DNA of 64,000 nt from Candidatus Limnocylindria bacterium (lineage in GTDB: Bacteria; Chloroflexota; Limnocylindria; Limnocylindrales; CSP1-4): the NCBI GenBank assembly GCA_035525825.1, contig DATLDP010000065.1:4885-68884 (forward strand), written 5' to 3'. Each line of letters opens with the position of its first letter. Within the stretch, counting starts at the first letter, position 1. Under the pieces are notes generated by a model, which worked only from the letters and a program-made list of their open reading frames with translations, did no database searches and had not been told where the DNA came from. This document shows, piece by piece, positions 1 through 9,010 of the stretch. A program made the position numbers and the translations under genes.

Positions 1-369
1 GAGCACCAGCCCGATCCACGAGTTGTCGGGGGCTGGCTTGGGGTCAAAGGTCGGTTGCGCGACGTTGCCCTTCGTCGCCGCGGCGGCAATGTCCTGCTGG
101 ACCTGGGTCAGCACGTTCGCGACGGTGACCGTGTAGTCGGGTTCGGTGTCGCCGGCCGCATAGGGGGCATTGAAGACCTGGAGCGTCTCGCCGCTCTGGA
201 TCACCCGGCCGATCGTGCCGGCCTCGACATCGGCGAGGAACGAGGTGGGCCCGGCGTAGGCCTTGGTATCGATGGTCTTCCCGGCGCTCATCCACGTGTA
301 CAGCAGCGCCGAGACGCCCATGACGAGGACGAGCATCAGCAGCCCGTTGCGCATGAACCTGGGATTCAA
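1..369 (-). CDS. Probable FtsH-type membrane protease, N-terminal fragment (gene continues beyond the left edge)
   Basis: It is absent from the ORF track because it has no stop inside the window. The minus frame reads (TTG369)MNPRF(ATG354)MRNGLLMLVLVMGVSALLYTWMSAGKTIDTKAYAGPTSFLADVEAGTIGRVIQSGETLQVF... This is a short basic N-terminus, a TM helix, then an extracytoplasmic segment laid out like FtsH N-termini. GGAGG (379-383) lies 9 nt from TTG369. Confidence 0.4.
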   Translation of the reverse strand, partial: MNPRFMRNGLLMLVLVMGVSALLYTWMSAGKTIDTKAYAGPTSFLADVEAGTIGRVIQSGETLQVFNAPYAAGDTEPDYTVTVANVLTQVQQDIAAAATKGNVAQPTFDPKPAPDNSWIGLVL

Positions 370-530
370 GGAAAGAAGCCTCCGAGTGATCGGGCGAGCC
401 GGAGGTCCGGCACCCGCTGCGAGTATAGCCGCGGTCCATCAGGGGTCCTCTATGACCCGATCGGACGCATCGTCGCAGACGGCCGGGGCACGCCGGGCGT
501 AGCGCCGAGGAAGAAATCGCTACGGAGGTC

Positions 531-605
531 TGGTAGCTGGGACAGGATTCGAACCTGTGACCTAGCGATTATGAGCCGCTTGCTCTACCACTGAGCTACC
601 CAGCC
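531..605 (-). tRNA. tRNA-Met (anticodon CAT; could be a lysidine-modified Ile2), CCA encoded
   Basis: The reverse complement folds as a cloverleaf: GGCTGGG TA GCTC AGTGGTA GAGC A AGCGG CTCATAA TCGCT AGGTC ACAGG TTCGAAT CCTGT CCCAGCT A CCA. It lacks the initiator hallmarks (no 1:72 mismatch, no GGG/CCC anticodon stem). A TAGAAT -10-like box (revcomp of 617-622) sits 11 nt upstream. Confidence 0.9.
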
Positions 606-619
606 ACGAGCGGCGAATT

Positions 620-832
620 CTAGCGCGAGGTCGGCACCTGCGACCAGCGAGCACGCGCGCCGGGACTTACGTCCTTCCGGGCAGCCTGCAGCGGCACCGA
701 CTCGGTCAGGCCCTTCAGCTCCACCGGGCCGATGACCTCGAACCGAATACCCTCGAGCGGTCCGGCGGCGGCCACGACATCCTCCGTCTCGAGCACCTCG
801 CCTCTGCCTGCGTCGTCGGCGATGCGCGACCC
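620..832 (-). pseudogene. Possible remnant of the C-terminal end of a class III adenylate/guanylate cyclase domain
   Basis: The tail of ORF 620-985 reads GSRIADDAGRGEVLETEDVVAAAGPLEGIRFEVIGPVELKGLTESVPLQAA. This resembles the ...ASRLE..A.PGEILVS......L...F.FE.LG...LKG..EPV... end of cyclase catalytic domains. The upstream part of the ORF is only a shadow of the carbonic anhydrase gene, so no intact N-terminus exists. Confidence 0.3.
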
Positions 833-851
833 CGGGAGTACGGCGCCGCCG

Positions 852-1346
852 TCACACCACCACCCGGAGCCGGCCCGTCTCGACCTCGTAGACCATGCCC
901 CGGACGGATGTCTCGAGGAGCGACGGCTCATCGAGGAGGATCTGGACCTGCTCCACCACCATCGCGTCGAGGTCCGAGAAGGCACCGAAGCCCATCTGGG
1001 TCGCGGTCCCGGTCGACAGCTCCACGCGCTCTCGCAGCTCGTCCTCGTCGGCGCCGTGGAGGCCGCATTTCGAGTGGCCGATCACGATGATCTCCCGGGT
1101 TCCGAGCAGCTGCTGGCTCACGACGAGCGAGCGGATCGCGTCCTGGGAGGCCAGGCCACCGGCATTCCGGATGATGTGGGCGTCACCGACCCGGAGCCCG
1201 AGCGCGTCCTCGACGTCGATCCGCGCGTCCATGCAGGTGAGGATGGCCAGGCCGGTGAGGGGCGCGGCCGTCAGCGCCGAGCGATCGAACGCTTCCGCGA
1301 AGCGCTCGTTCTGCTCCAGGATCCGAAGGAACTCCGCGTCGGCCAC
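852..1346 (-). CDS. Beta-class carbonic anhydrase
   Basis: 164 aa. It has the CMDARID...DAHIIRNAGG...VIGHSKCG zinc-ligand pattern (Cys, His, Cys with an Asp-Arg dyad) and the size typical of small beta-CAs. Confidence 0.85.
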   Translation of the reverse strand: MADAEFLRILEQNERFAEAFDRSALTAAPLTGLAILTCMDARIDVEDALGLRVGDAHIIRNAGGLASQDAIRSLVVSQQLLGTREIIVIGHSKCGLHGADEDELRERVELSTGTATQMGFGAFSDLDAMVVEQVQILLDEPSLLETSVRGMVYEVETGRLRVVV

Positions 1347-1390
1347 GGGCTGATTCTGGCAGGGACGCCCGGGTCAGGCGTGGAACCGCA

Positions 1391-3493
1391 TCACGCGCCG
1401 GTCGAGACGCCGCCGCCGCCGCCCTGCCGGTAGCGCTCGATGATCTCGCCGATCGTGACCTGCCCGTAGTCGCGCTCCAACCGATCACGCGCGACCCGCC
1501 ACATCGTCCTGAGCGGCCGCGGTCCGGTCGCATCCAGCTCCGCGAGGCGCATGTCGCCGAAGCGCTGGATGCCGGGGATGCGCATGAGGTCGTCGGCGAG
1601 GGCCTCGGCGGCCTCGTCGATGGTGGAGGTGCTGTCGAGCCGGGTGATCGCCGGCGAGGCGATCCCGCTGGGGCGGCTCGCGGCCGAGCCCGAGCCGGAC
1701 GACGTCGAGGCCGGGGCCGTCATTGTCGGCGGGGTCGGAATCGCGGCCGGCGGGAGCGTGGACGACGCGGGCGTTGGCGCGCCGATCGCCCGGTCCACCG
1801 CGGTCTTCGCGCGATCGGACTGGCGATTCACCTCGCTCACGGCGGCCCGGAAGGCCTCGTTGGGGTCGCGTCCCTCGGGGCCCGTTGCGGCGTCATTGGC
1901 CATCGCAGGTGCCGTTGACGGCGGCTCGCGTCGAGCGCGGGCGGAGGTCGGCTTCGTTCCGCCGCCGCGCGAGCCGCCGGATCCGCCAGTCCCGCCAGAA
2001 CCGGAGCCGCCGCTGCCACCGGAGCCGCCCTTGGGGCGGCCCGAGCCGCGCGCCGGCCCGCTCGGGCCGTCGCCGTCGCCACCGAATCGCGAGCCCATCG
2101 CGGACCCGATCAGCGCCGGCACGTCGATCCCGGTGAGGCCCTTCACGGTGGCGCTCGCCTCGGCCACGGTTCGGGTCGTGTTCTTGACCATCTCCGACGC
2201 GCCATCGTTCGAGAGGACCGTCAGCTGGTCGATGTTGGCCATCGGCTCGGCGGCCGCGCGAACGATCTCCGGGAGCATCGAGAGGACGGTCTGGATGACC
2301 GCGGCCTCGTTGAACTGGCGGTAGGCCTGCGCCCGAAGCTCGAGCGCCTTGGCCTCGGCCTCACCCTTCGTGAAGACGATCCCGGCCTCGGCGTTGCCCT
2401 CGAGCTTGGTCTTCTCGGCCTCGGACTGGGCGTTGACCAGGACGACCCGGGCGTTCGCCTCGCCCTTGGTGACGTTCACCGCGGCCTCGGCCTGGCCGGC
2501 GAGCTTCACCCGTTCGGCGTCCGCCTGGGCTGCAGCGATCCGGGCGAGCTTCTCGCCCTCGGCGCGCTTCACCTGGGCATCGGCGTCGGCCTCGGCCGGG
2601 CGGATCGTGGTCGCGATCAGCTCCTTCTGCTTCCGGTCCGCCTCGAGCTGCGCGAGCTCGGTCTGCCGCCGGACGACCTCCTGGGTCGCCTCTGCCTCGG
2701 CGAGCGGGCCCGCCTGGGCGGCCTTGGCGTTCGCGGCGGAGGTGAGGGTCTCGATCTCGGCCTGCCGGAGCGAGACATCCCGGGCCGCATTCAGCTTCAC
2801 CTGCTGCGACTCGGCCTCCCGAACCGCGGCCTCCTGGTCGGCGGTCGCCTTGGCCATGCGCGCGTCGCGCTCACGGCGGGCGGTCTCCTGCTGGCCGATG
2901 AGGTCCATGTAGCCGACTTCGTCGCGGATCGCCTGAATCGTGAAGTTGTCGATCGTCAGGCCGGAGGTCGCGAGGTCGCTCCGCGCGGCGCTCTGGACCT
3001 CCTGCTGGAACTTCGCCCGGTCGTAGTTGAGCTCCTCGACCGTGAGCGTGCCGACGATCGAGCGCAGGGAGCCCTCGAGGACGTTCTTGACGATCGAATC
3101 GATCTGGTCCTCGCGCTCCATGAACCGCTCGGCGGCGGCACGGATCGACTCCTCGTCGCTGCCGATCTTGACCGTGGCCACGCCCTGGACGGCGACCTTG
3201 ATGCCCTGCTTCGTCACCGCGTCGGACAGCTGGACGTTGATCTGGCGCGCGCTCAGGTGGAGCTTGCCGACCTTGTTGACGAGCGGCAGGACGATCACGC
3301 CCTGGCCCCGGACCACCTTGAGCCCGACCTGGCCCTCCGCGCCGCGCTCCCGCCGGCCGCTGACGATGAGGGCCTCGTTGGCGCCGGCGACCTTGTAGCG
3401 CGTGCCCATGTAGGCCACCACCAGGACGAGGACGATGACGATCAGGAGGATCGGGATCACGCCTTCCCCGACGAACTGGAAGATGTCAGGCAC
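1391..3493 (-). CDS. Flotillin / SPFH (band 7) domain protein with a long C-terminal extension
   Basis: 700 aa. It has an N-terminal TM helix, an SPFH domain (YKVAGANEALIVSG...VVRGQGVIVLP...TVEELNYDRAKF), then flotillin-type A/E/Q-rich coiled coil. After that come a Gly/Ser tract and about 180 further residues. GTG3493 overlaps the NfeD stop by 8 nt. Confidence 0.85.
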   Translation of the reverse strand: MPDIFQFVGEGVIPILLIVIVLVLVVAYMGTRYKVAGANEALIVSGRRERGAEGQVGLKVVRGQGVIVLPLVNKVGKLHLSARQINVQLSDAVTKQGIKVAVQGVATVKIGSDEESIRAAAERFMEREDQIDSIVKNVLEGSLRSIVGTLTVEELNYDRAKFQQEVQSAARSDLATSGLTIDNFTIQAIRDEVGYMDLIGQQETARRERDARMAKATADQEAAVREAESQQVKLNAARDVSLRQAEIETLTSAANAKAAQAGPLAEAEATQEVVRRQTELAQLEADRKQKELIATTIRPAEADADAQVKRAEGEKLARIAAAQADAERVKLAGQAEAAVNVTKGEANARVVLVNAQSEAEKTKLEGNAEAGIVFTKGEAEAKALELRAQAYRQFNEAAVIQTVLSMLPEIVRAAAEPMANIDQLTVLSNDGASEMVKNTTRTVAEASATVKGLTGIDVPALIGSAMGSRFGGDGDGPSGPARGSGRPKGGSGGSGGSGSGGTGGSGGSRGGGTKPTSARARREPPSTAPAMANDAATGPEGRDPNEAFRAAVSEVNRQSDRAKTAVDRAIGAPTPASSTLPPAAIPTPPTMTAPASTSSGSGSAASRPSGIASPAITRLDSTSTIDEAAEALADDLMRIPGIQRFGDMRLAELDATGPRPLRTMWRVARDRLERDYGQVTIGEIIERYRQGGGGGVSTGA

Positions 3494-4136
3494 CGGTGGT
3501 GTCTCCCTTCGCTGGCTCGGTGGCAGGCGTTGATGGCGGGTCGGCGGGCTCCGATGGCATGCCCACAGGGCCCGACACGATCGGTTGCGGGGTCATGCGT
3601 TCGACGACCAGGCCCATGCCCGCGGTGCCGACGACCTTGACGGCAGCGCCGCTGGGGATGTCCTCGGACGCCGTCGCGGTGATCTCGTGGTTCTGGCCCT
3701 CCGCTCGAACGTAGACGGTGCCAAGGCGGCCCGCCGGAATCGCGGTGCTGATGGAGCCGGTCCGGCCGACGAGGTCGCCCACCGAGAAGGGCCGGTCGCC
3801 CTCCGCCCGCTTCAGCGTCCGGAACAGCAGGAAGGCGAGCGCGAACCCGAAGACGCCGAAGCCGACCCCGACGATCGCCGCGGGTCCGCCATGGAGGTTG
3901 AGCACCTGCGTCGCGAAGATGCCGCCGACGCCGAACATCGCGATGAACGCGAGCAGCGGCGGCATGAGGGAGATGCCGCCGATCGAGAAGTCGATGTGGA
4001 TGGCATCGAGGATGCCGCCCAGGACGTCATCGACGACGACGGTGATCAGCAGCAGCCCGCCACCGACCAGCGCGGCGAGGACGAAGACGAGGTCCTCGAT
4101 GGGCACTTCGATCGTCGGCAAGCTCCGCTCCTCCAC
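3486..4136 (-). CDS. NfeD-like membrane protein (flotillin partner)
   Basis: 216 aa with several TM helices and a C-terminal OB-like NfeD segment (VGRTGSISTAIPAGRLGTVYVRAEGQNHEITATASEDIPSGAAVKVV). It is translationally coupled upstream of the flotillin gene, which is the classic NfeD-SPFH arrangement. An alternative start is TTG4121, preceded by GGAGGAG. Confidence 0.75.
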   Translation of the reverse strand: MEERSLPTIEVPIEDLVFVLAALVGGGLLLITVVVDDVLGGILDAIHIDFSIGGISLMPPLLAFIAMFGVGGIFATQVLNLHGGPAAIVGVGFGVFGFALAFLLFRTLKRAEGDRPFSVGDLVGRTGSISTAIPAGRLGTVYVRAEGQNHEITATASEDIPSGAAVKVVGTAGMGLVVERMTPQPIVSGPVGMPSEPADPPSTPATEPAKGDTTGA

Positions 4137-4272
4137 CCCGTCGCCGGAGACCGCCTCCTCCTGACGCGTGCCCAGGGCCTACATGGCGGCGCGTCCCGGC
4201 GGGGATCGAGCATACGACGCGCGAGTCGCCCTGCGAAGTGGCCCCGGCAATCGCCGGGAGTTGCCTGAGCGG

Positions 4273-5004
4273 CTAGCGGCCGGCTCCGAACAGGATGTCC
4301 AGCCAGGCCTCCATCGGGCTCGTGGTCCGGGGCTCGGAGCCGAGGCGCACGGACGCCGATCCGGGCGCGTCGGCCGGCAGCGCCGGGGCGCCGGCGGCGA
4401 GGGCGAACGGGATCTCGCGCTTGCCACCGAGCCCGTACGCCCGGCCGGCCAGCTCGATATAGCGAGGGTCCTGGACGTGGCCCAGGTCGCCCTCCAGGCG
4501 GCTGACCTCCTCGTTCAGAGCGACGTTGGCAGCTCGAAGGGCATCGGCCCGGTCCGAGGCCGCGGTCGCCTCGCCCACCTGGCGCGCGAAGCTCAGGGCG
4601 AGCAGGCCGGCGAGGAGCATGCCCGCGGCGGTGACGACCCGGCGTCGCGAAAGGCTCGGCATCGGGAGTGTTGCGGGGTCGAGGCGCGGTGCGGCCGGCC
4701 GCGGCGGGCTGGTCGGTGGCGGCGTCGCCGGTCGAGGAATGGCCACGGCCGTCGAGGGCTCGCCGGCCTCGGTGGCGATGGATCGGCTGGCGGCGGAGGG
4801 ACGGAGGAAGGCCGGGATCACCTCGAGATCGCCGCGACGGGCCGGAGGCGTGGCCGCCCGATGGGGCGCGGGCGAATGCGGGCGAGGCGGCTCGGGGGCT
4901 GGCATCGCCGGCCGAGCGTAGCTACGCCCAATCGAGCGTGTCAACTCACTCGAGGACCTCCCAGGCCATCGCTTGCGCTGGTGCTGTGACAGCAGAGGTG
5001 GCAC
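4273..5004 (-). CDS. FtsB/DivIC-like septum formation initiator with a Pro-rich N-terminal region (start uncertain)
   Basis: The C-terminal half has a TM helix (VVTAAGMLLAGLLALSF), a coiled coil (ALRAANVALNEEVSRLEGDL) and the DPRYIELAGRAYGLG motif of the FtsB/DivIC family. Possible starts are GTG5004, ATG4905 and ATG4662; none has a clear SD. GC3 stays high through the Pro-rich part. Confidence 0.65.
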   Translation of the reverse strand: MPPLLSQHQRKRWPGRSSSELTRSIGRSYARPAMPAPEPPRPHSPAPHRAATPPARRGDLEVIPAFLRPSAASRSIATEAGEPSTAVAIPRPATPPPTSPPRPAAPRLDPATLPMPSLSRRRVVTAAGMLLAGLLALSFARQVGEATAASDRADALRAANVALNEEVSRLEGDLGHVQDPRYIELAGRAYGLGGKREIPFALAAGAPALPADAPGSASVRLGSEPRTTSPMEAWLDILFGAGR

Positions 5005-5069
5005 GCCACGTCGCGACAGTGTGGCTAGACTCGCCGCAATCGAACACTTGTTCCATTTGGAGACCCGCC

Positions 5070-7403
5070 GTGCGCACCTATGCTCCCGCCGCCACGGAGA
5101 CGGTCCTCAACCGGCTGCTGGAGGACCCGTCCCTCGCGTCGGCCGTGACCCACCACGCGTACATCCCGGCGCGCGAGGCGATCACGGCGCCGTTCCCGTC
5201 GTGGCTTGACCGACGGATCGTCCAGGGCCTGGAGGATCGCGGCATCACCTCGCTCTACAGCCACCAGGCGGAGGCAGTGGAGGCCGTGCACGCCGGCGAG
5301 GACGTGGTCGTCGTCACGCCGACCGCCTCGGGCAAGACCCTCTGCTACACGCTCCCGGTGCTGCAGGCGCTCGCGGAGGACCCCTCGGCGCGGGCGCTGT
5401 TCCTCTTCCCCACGAAGGCCCTGGGCCAGGACCAGGTCGCCGAGTTCGCGGAGCTCGCCCGGTCCAGCTCCCTCGCCATCTCGGCGGCGACCTACGACGG
5501 TGACACGCCCGCGCCGATTCGCTCGGCGATCCGCCAGGCCGGGCAGGTCGTGGTCTCGAACCCGGACATGCTCCACTCGGCGATCCTCCCTCACCACACC
5601 AAGTGGTTCCAGCTCTTCGAGCAGGTTCGGGTCATCGTCATCGACGAGCTGCACACCTACCGCGGCGTGTATGGCAGCCACGTGGCCAACGTGCTCCGGC
5701 GGCTCCTGCGGCTGTGCCATCACTACGGTTCCAACCCGATCATCGTCTGCTCGTCCGCCACGATCGGGAACCCGGGAGAGCTCGCGGCCCAGCTCACCGG
5801 CAGGCCCTCGCGCCTCATCGACCGCAACGGCGCCCCGGCCGGTGCCCGCCATCTCCTGCTCGTGGACCCGCCGCTGCTGGATGCGGCCACCGGCGCCAGG
5901 GCATCGGCCCTGACCCACGTCGAGCGCTGGGCCCTGCCGTTCCTGCGGGCCGGCCGCCAGACCATCGTCTTCGGACGGGCGCGGGTCGCCGTCGAGATCA
6001 TCCTCACCCGGCTTCGAGAGGCGCTGCGGGAGCACCTCGGGCCCCGGTCGCGACTTCGGGGCTACCGGGGCGGCTACCTGCCGACAGAGCGTCGCGCGAT
6101 CGAGCGAGGGCTCCGGGACGGCGAGATCCTCGGCGTCGTCTCGACGAACGCCCTGGAGCTGGGCGTCGATATCGGCGCGCTGGACGTCTCGATCCTCGCG
6201 GGCTATCCGGGCTCGGTCGCCGCGACCTGGCAGCAGCTCGGCCGGGCCGGGCGGCGACAGGAGGTCAGCGTCGGCGTGCTCGTCGCCTCCGGCTCACCGG
6301 TGGACCAGTACGTGATCCACCACCCCCAGTTCCTGCTGGAGAGCACGCCCGAGGAGGCGCGCATCGACCCGGACAACCTCCACGTGCTGCTCGCCCACCT
6401 GCGATGCGCCACGTTCGAGCGACCGTTCGAGCCCGGGGACGTCTTCGGCCCGGGCCCGGTGGACGACCTGCTCGCGTTCATCGGCGAGGAGGGGCACGTC
6501 CGGCAGTCGGGCGACGGACGCTGGTACTGGAGCTCGGAGAACTTCCCTGCCTCGGAGGTGAGCCTCCGGACCGCGGCCCCGGAGAACGTCGTGATCATCG
6601 ACACCACCCCGGATCGGCCGCGGGTGATCGGCGAGACGGACCTGTTCTCCGCCCAGGTGCTGGTCCACACCCAGGCGATCTACCTCCACGACAGCGTCCA
6701 GTACCACGTCGACAAGCTGGACTGGGGCGAGCGCAAAGCCTATGTCCGTCGCGTCGACGTGGACTATTACACGTACGCCAACCGGGCAGTCACGCTCAAG
6801 CCCCTGGACGTCTTCGGCCTCGAGGAGGCGCCCGGCGGCCGGCGGATCCACGGCGAGGTGATGGTCGCGAGCCTCGTGACGCTCTTCAAGAAGCTCAAGT
6901 TCGGCTCGGACGAAAACGTCGGCTGGGGCCCGATCGACCTGCCGGAGCTCGAGCTGCAGACGACGGCCTACTGGCTCACGGCCGAGGATGCCTCCGCCGG
7001 CTGGCGCAAGGACGCCCTCGACGTCGCGCTGCTCGGGGCGGGTCGCGCCATCCAGGCGGTGGCGGCGGTCCTGCTGATGGTCGATCCGCGCGATCTGGGT
7101 CTCGTCACCCAGGTCCGCTCGCCGCATTCCGAGGCGCCGACGATCTACCTCTACGAGGCGGTCCCGGGCGGGATCGGCTTGTCCGAGCGGCTGTTCGCCC
7201 GCCATGCGGAGCTCGTCATCGGCGCACGGGCGTTGATCGAAGCGTGCGGCTGCCAGAGCGGCTGTCCCGCGTGCACGGGGCCACGACTGGATCCGACCGT
7301 GGACGGCAAGGCGCTCGCCCTCCGTCTCCTCTCCCTGCTCAGCGCTCGTGCGGCCGGACGCCCCGGTCGCATTGCCGCCGCGCCGAAGGTCGGCATCGCG
7401 TGA
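5070..7403 (+). CDS. mrfA: DEAD/DEAH-box helicase with C-terminal DUF1998 four-Cys domain (YprA/MrfA family)
   Basis: It has Walker A VVTPTASGKTLCY, a DExH box (VIVIDELHTY), SAT (SSAT), helicase C motifs and a C-terminal CGCQSGCPACTG. The start is taken as GTG5070, with GGAG at 5059-5062; the track ORF from 4668 is over-extended. A TAGACT -10-like box lies at 5026-5031. Confidence 0.8.
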   Translation: MRTYAPAATETVLNRLLEDPSLASAVTHHAYIPAREAITAPFPSWLDRRIVQGLEDRGITSLYSHQAEAVEAVHAGEDVVVVTPTASGKTLCYTLPVLQALAEDPSARALFLFPTKALGQDQVAEFAELARSSSLAISAATYDGDTPAPIRSAIRQAGQVVVSNPDMLHSAILPHHTKWFQLFEQVRVIVIDELHTYRGVYGSHVANVLRRLLRLCHHYGSNPIIVCSSATIGNPGELAAQLTGRPSRLIDRNGAPAGARHLLLVDPPLLDAATGARASALTHVERWALPFLRAGRQTIVFGRARVAVEIILTRLREALREHLGPRSRLRGYRGGYLPTERRAIERGLRDGEILGVVSTNALELGVDIGALDVSILAGYPGSVAATWQQLGRAGRRQEVSVGVLVASGSPVDQYVIHHPQFLLESTPEEARIDPDNLHVLLAHLRCATFERPFEPGDVFGPGPVDDLLAFIGEEGHVRQSGDGRWYWSSENFPASEVSLRTAAPENVVIIDTTPDRPRVIGETDLFSAQVLVHTQAIYLHDSVQYHVDKLDWGERKAYVRRVDVDYYTYANRAVTLKPLDVFGLEEAPGGRRIHGEVMVASLVTLFKKLKFGSDENVGWGPIDLPELELQTTAYWLTAEDASAGWRKDALDVALLGAGRAIQAVAAVLLMVDPRDLGLVTQVRSPHSEAPTIYLYEAVPGGIGLSERLFARHAELVIGARALIEACGCQSGCPACTGPRLDPTVDGKALALRLLSLLSARAAGRPGRIAAAPKVGIA

Positions 7404-9010
7404 CGGTCGAAACGGCGCCTTCCGCACAGCTTGCGCGGCGGTTCGCGAACTTCCGCGCAGGCCTGGAGGCGCGCGATGCGCCAGCGTCGAGCGAGGCGCT
7501 GGCACGCGTTCGCCGGGCGAGCTCGATCGGGGCGGAGCGGCTGGCCGCGGCGCTGGATGGCGAGCTCATCCGCACTCGACAGGGTTCGTTCGTGATCGTC
7601 GAGGCGCCAACGACGCTGCTGCCGGTGGACCGCGCGCGCCTGGCCCGGCTGCCGGGCCTGCCACCGGCTGACGCTCCCCTCCTCTGCCTGGACACGGAGA
7701 CGACCGGCCTGGCCACGGCGGCCGGGACCCTTGCCTTCCTGGTGGGACTGGGGTGGTGGGAGGGGAGCCGGTTCCGGCAGATCCAGCTGCTGTTGCCTGA
7801 CCACGCGGACGAGCCGGCCCTGCTTGCAGAGCTGGCATCCCGCATCCCTCGCGGCGGCTGGCTGGTGACATACAACGGGCGCGGCTTCGACTGGCCGCTG
7901 CTCGTCGCGCGGTTCCGGATGGCCGGCGCGAGCCCGCCGCTGCACGACGGCCACCTGGACCTGCTGCCCCTCGTCCGACGCGTCTTCCGCCACCGGATGA
8001 CCGATGCCCGGCTTGCCTCGGTCGAGCATGAGCTGCTGGGACTGCGGCGGGGCGCCGACGTCGCGGGCTGGGAGATCCCGTCGCGGTACCTGGACTACCT
8101 TCGCTTCGGCGAGCCGGGTCCGCTGGTCGACGTGGTGCGCCACAACGATGAGGACGTCCGGAGCCTGGGGCGCCTGCTGGTCCACGTCGATCAGGGCTAT
8201 GCGGACGAGGAGCGCTGGCGGGAGGCGCCACCCGGGGACCTTGCGGGTCTTGCGCGGGCCTATCTCCGCGAGGGCCGCCACGAGGAAGCGCTGGGCTGCC
8301 TGGATGTGGCGCTCGAGGCGAGGCCGGTCACGCCGGCGCGGCCGCGGAACGAGGATGCCGAGATCCCGGCGGAGCGCGTGCGGGTCGCCGTGCGCGAATC
8401 GCGCGCAGATGACGATCCGTGGTGGTCGCCGCGGCGCCCGCCCGACTTCGGCGGTCGACCGGGCAGGTACGCGACCGCCGATGCCTGGGCCGTGGCGGAA
8501 TCGAGCCGCCGCGATGCGCCGTGGACCGAGACCCGGATGCTCGCGGAGCGGGCCCGCCTGCTCCGTCGGCTCGGGCGCTTCCGGGACGCGGAGGCGGCGT
8601 GGCTGGCGATCGCCGCGAATCGCGGCAACGTCGGTGCGCTGGCTTGGGTCGAGATCGCGAAGCTGCGCGAGCACCGCCTCGGAGACCTGCCAGGCGCGAT
8701 CGAGGCGGCGACCGCCGCGTTGCGGCTCGCCGAGCGTCAGGCCTGGCTGGGCCGGCCGCTGGCGCGACTCGAGACGTCGCTGGGAGGACGGCTCGCTCGG
8801 CTCGGCGGACGGGTCATCCGGCGCCGGACGGCGGCGAGATCCGGCACGCCGTCGACGCCGGGTCCCTCGACGACGAGCGAGGCCGCGGCGGCCGCGAACA
8901 GAACCGGGTCCTCGAGCGCGGGGTCCAGCCGGCAGGCGAGCATGGCCGCGAGGAACACGTCGCCGGCTCCAGTGGGATCGGCGGTGGCGTCGGATGGGAT
9001 GGCGTCGTAG
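7400..9010 (+). CDS. mrfB: RNase H-fold DEDD exonuclease with TPR-like C-terminus (YprB/MrfB family)
   Basis: GTG7400 overlaps the mrfA stop (GTGA). Motifs are LCLDTETTGL, VTYNGRGFDWPLL and VRHNDEDVRSL (DEDDh-like), followed by TPR-like helices (AYLREGRHEEALGCLDVALE; RLGRFRDAEAAWLAIAA). This is the 3' part of track ORF 5603-9010. The last ~270 nt are antisense to the PfkB gene. Confidence 0.7.
   Translation: MTVETAPSAQLARRFANFRAGLEARDAPASSEALARVRRASSIGAERLAAALDGELIRTRQGSFVIVEAPTTLLPVDRARLARLPGLPPADAPLLCLDTETTGLATAAGTLAFLVGLGWWEGSRFRQIQLLLPDHADEPALLAELASRIPRGGWLVTYNGRGFDWPLLVARFRMAGASPPLHDGHLDLLPLVRRVFRHRMTDARLASVEHELLGLRRGADVAGWEIPSRYLDYLRFGEPGPLVDVVRHNDEDVRSLGRLLVHVDQGYADEERWREAPPGDLAGLARAYLREGRHEEALGCLDVALEARPVTPARPRNEDAEIPAERVRVAVRESRADDDPWWSPRRPPDFGGRPGRYATADAWAVAESSRRDAPWTETRMLAERARLLRRLGRFRDAEAAWLAIAANRGNVGALAWVEIAKLREHRLGDLPGAIEAATAALRLAERQAWLGRPLARLETSLGGRLARLGGRVIRRRTAARSGTPSTPGPSTTSEAAAAANRTGSSSAGSSRQASMAARNTSPAPVGSAVASDGMAS

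Noticed and set aside
5603-9010. A 1135-aa plus-strand ORF.
   Set aside because: Only the 3' part from GTG7400 is credible (the MrfB-like exonuclease). The 5' 1.8 kb is an alternative frame of the mrfA helicase gene and translates to Arg/Pro-rich sequence.
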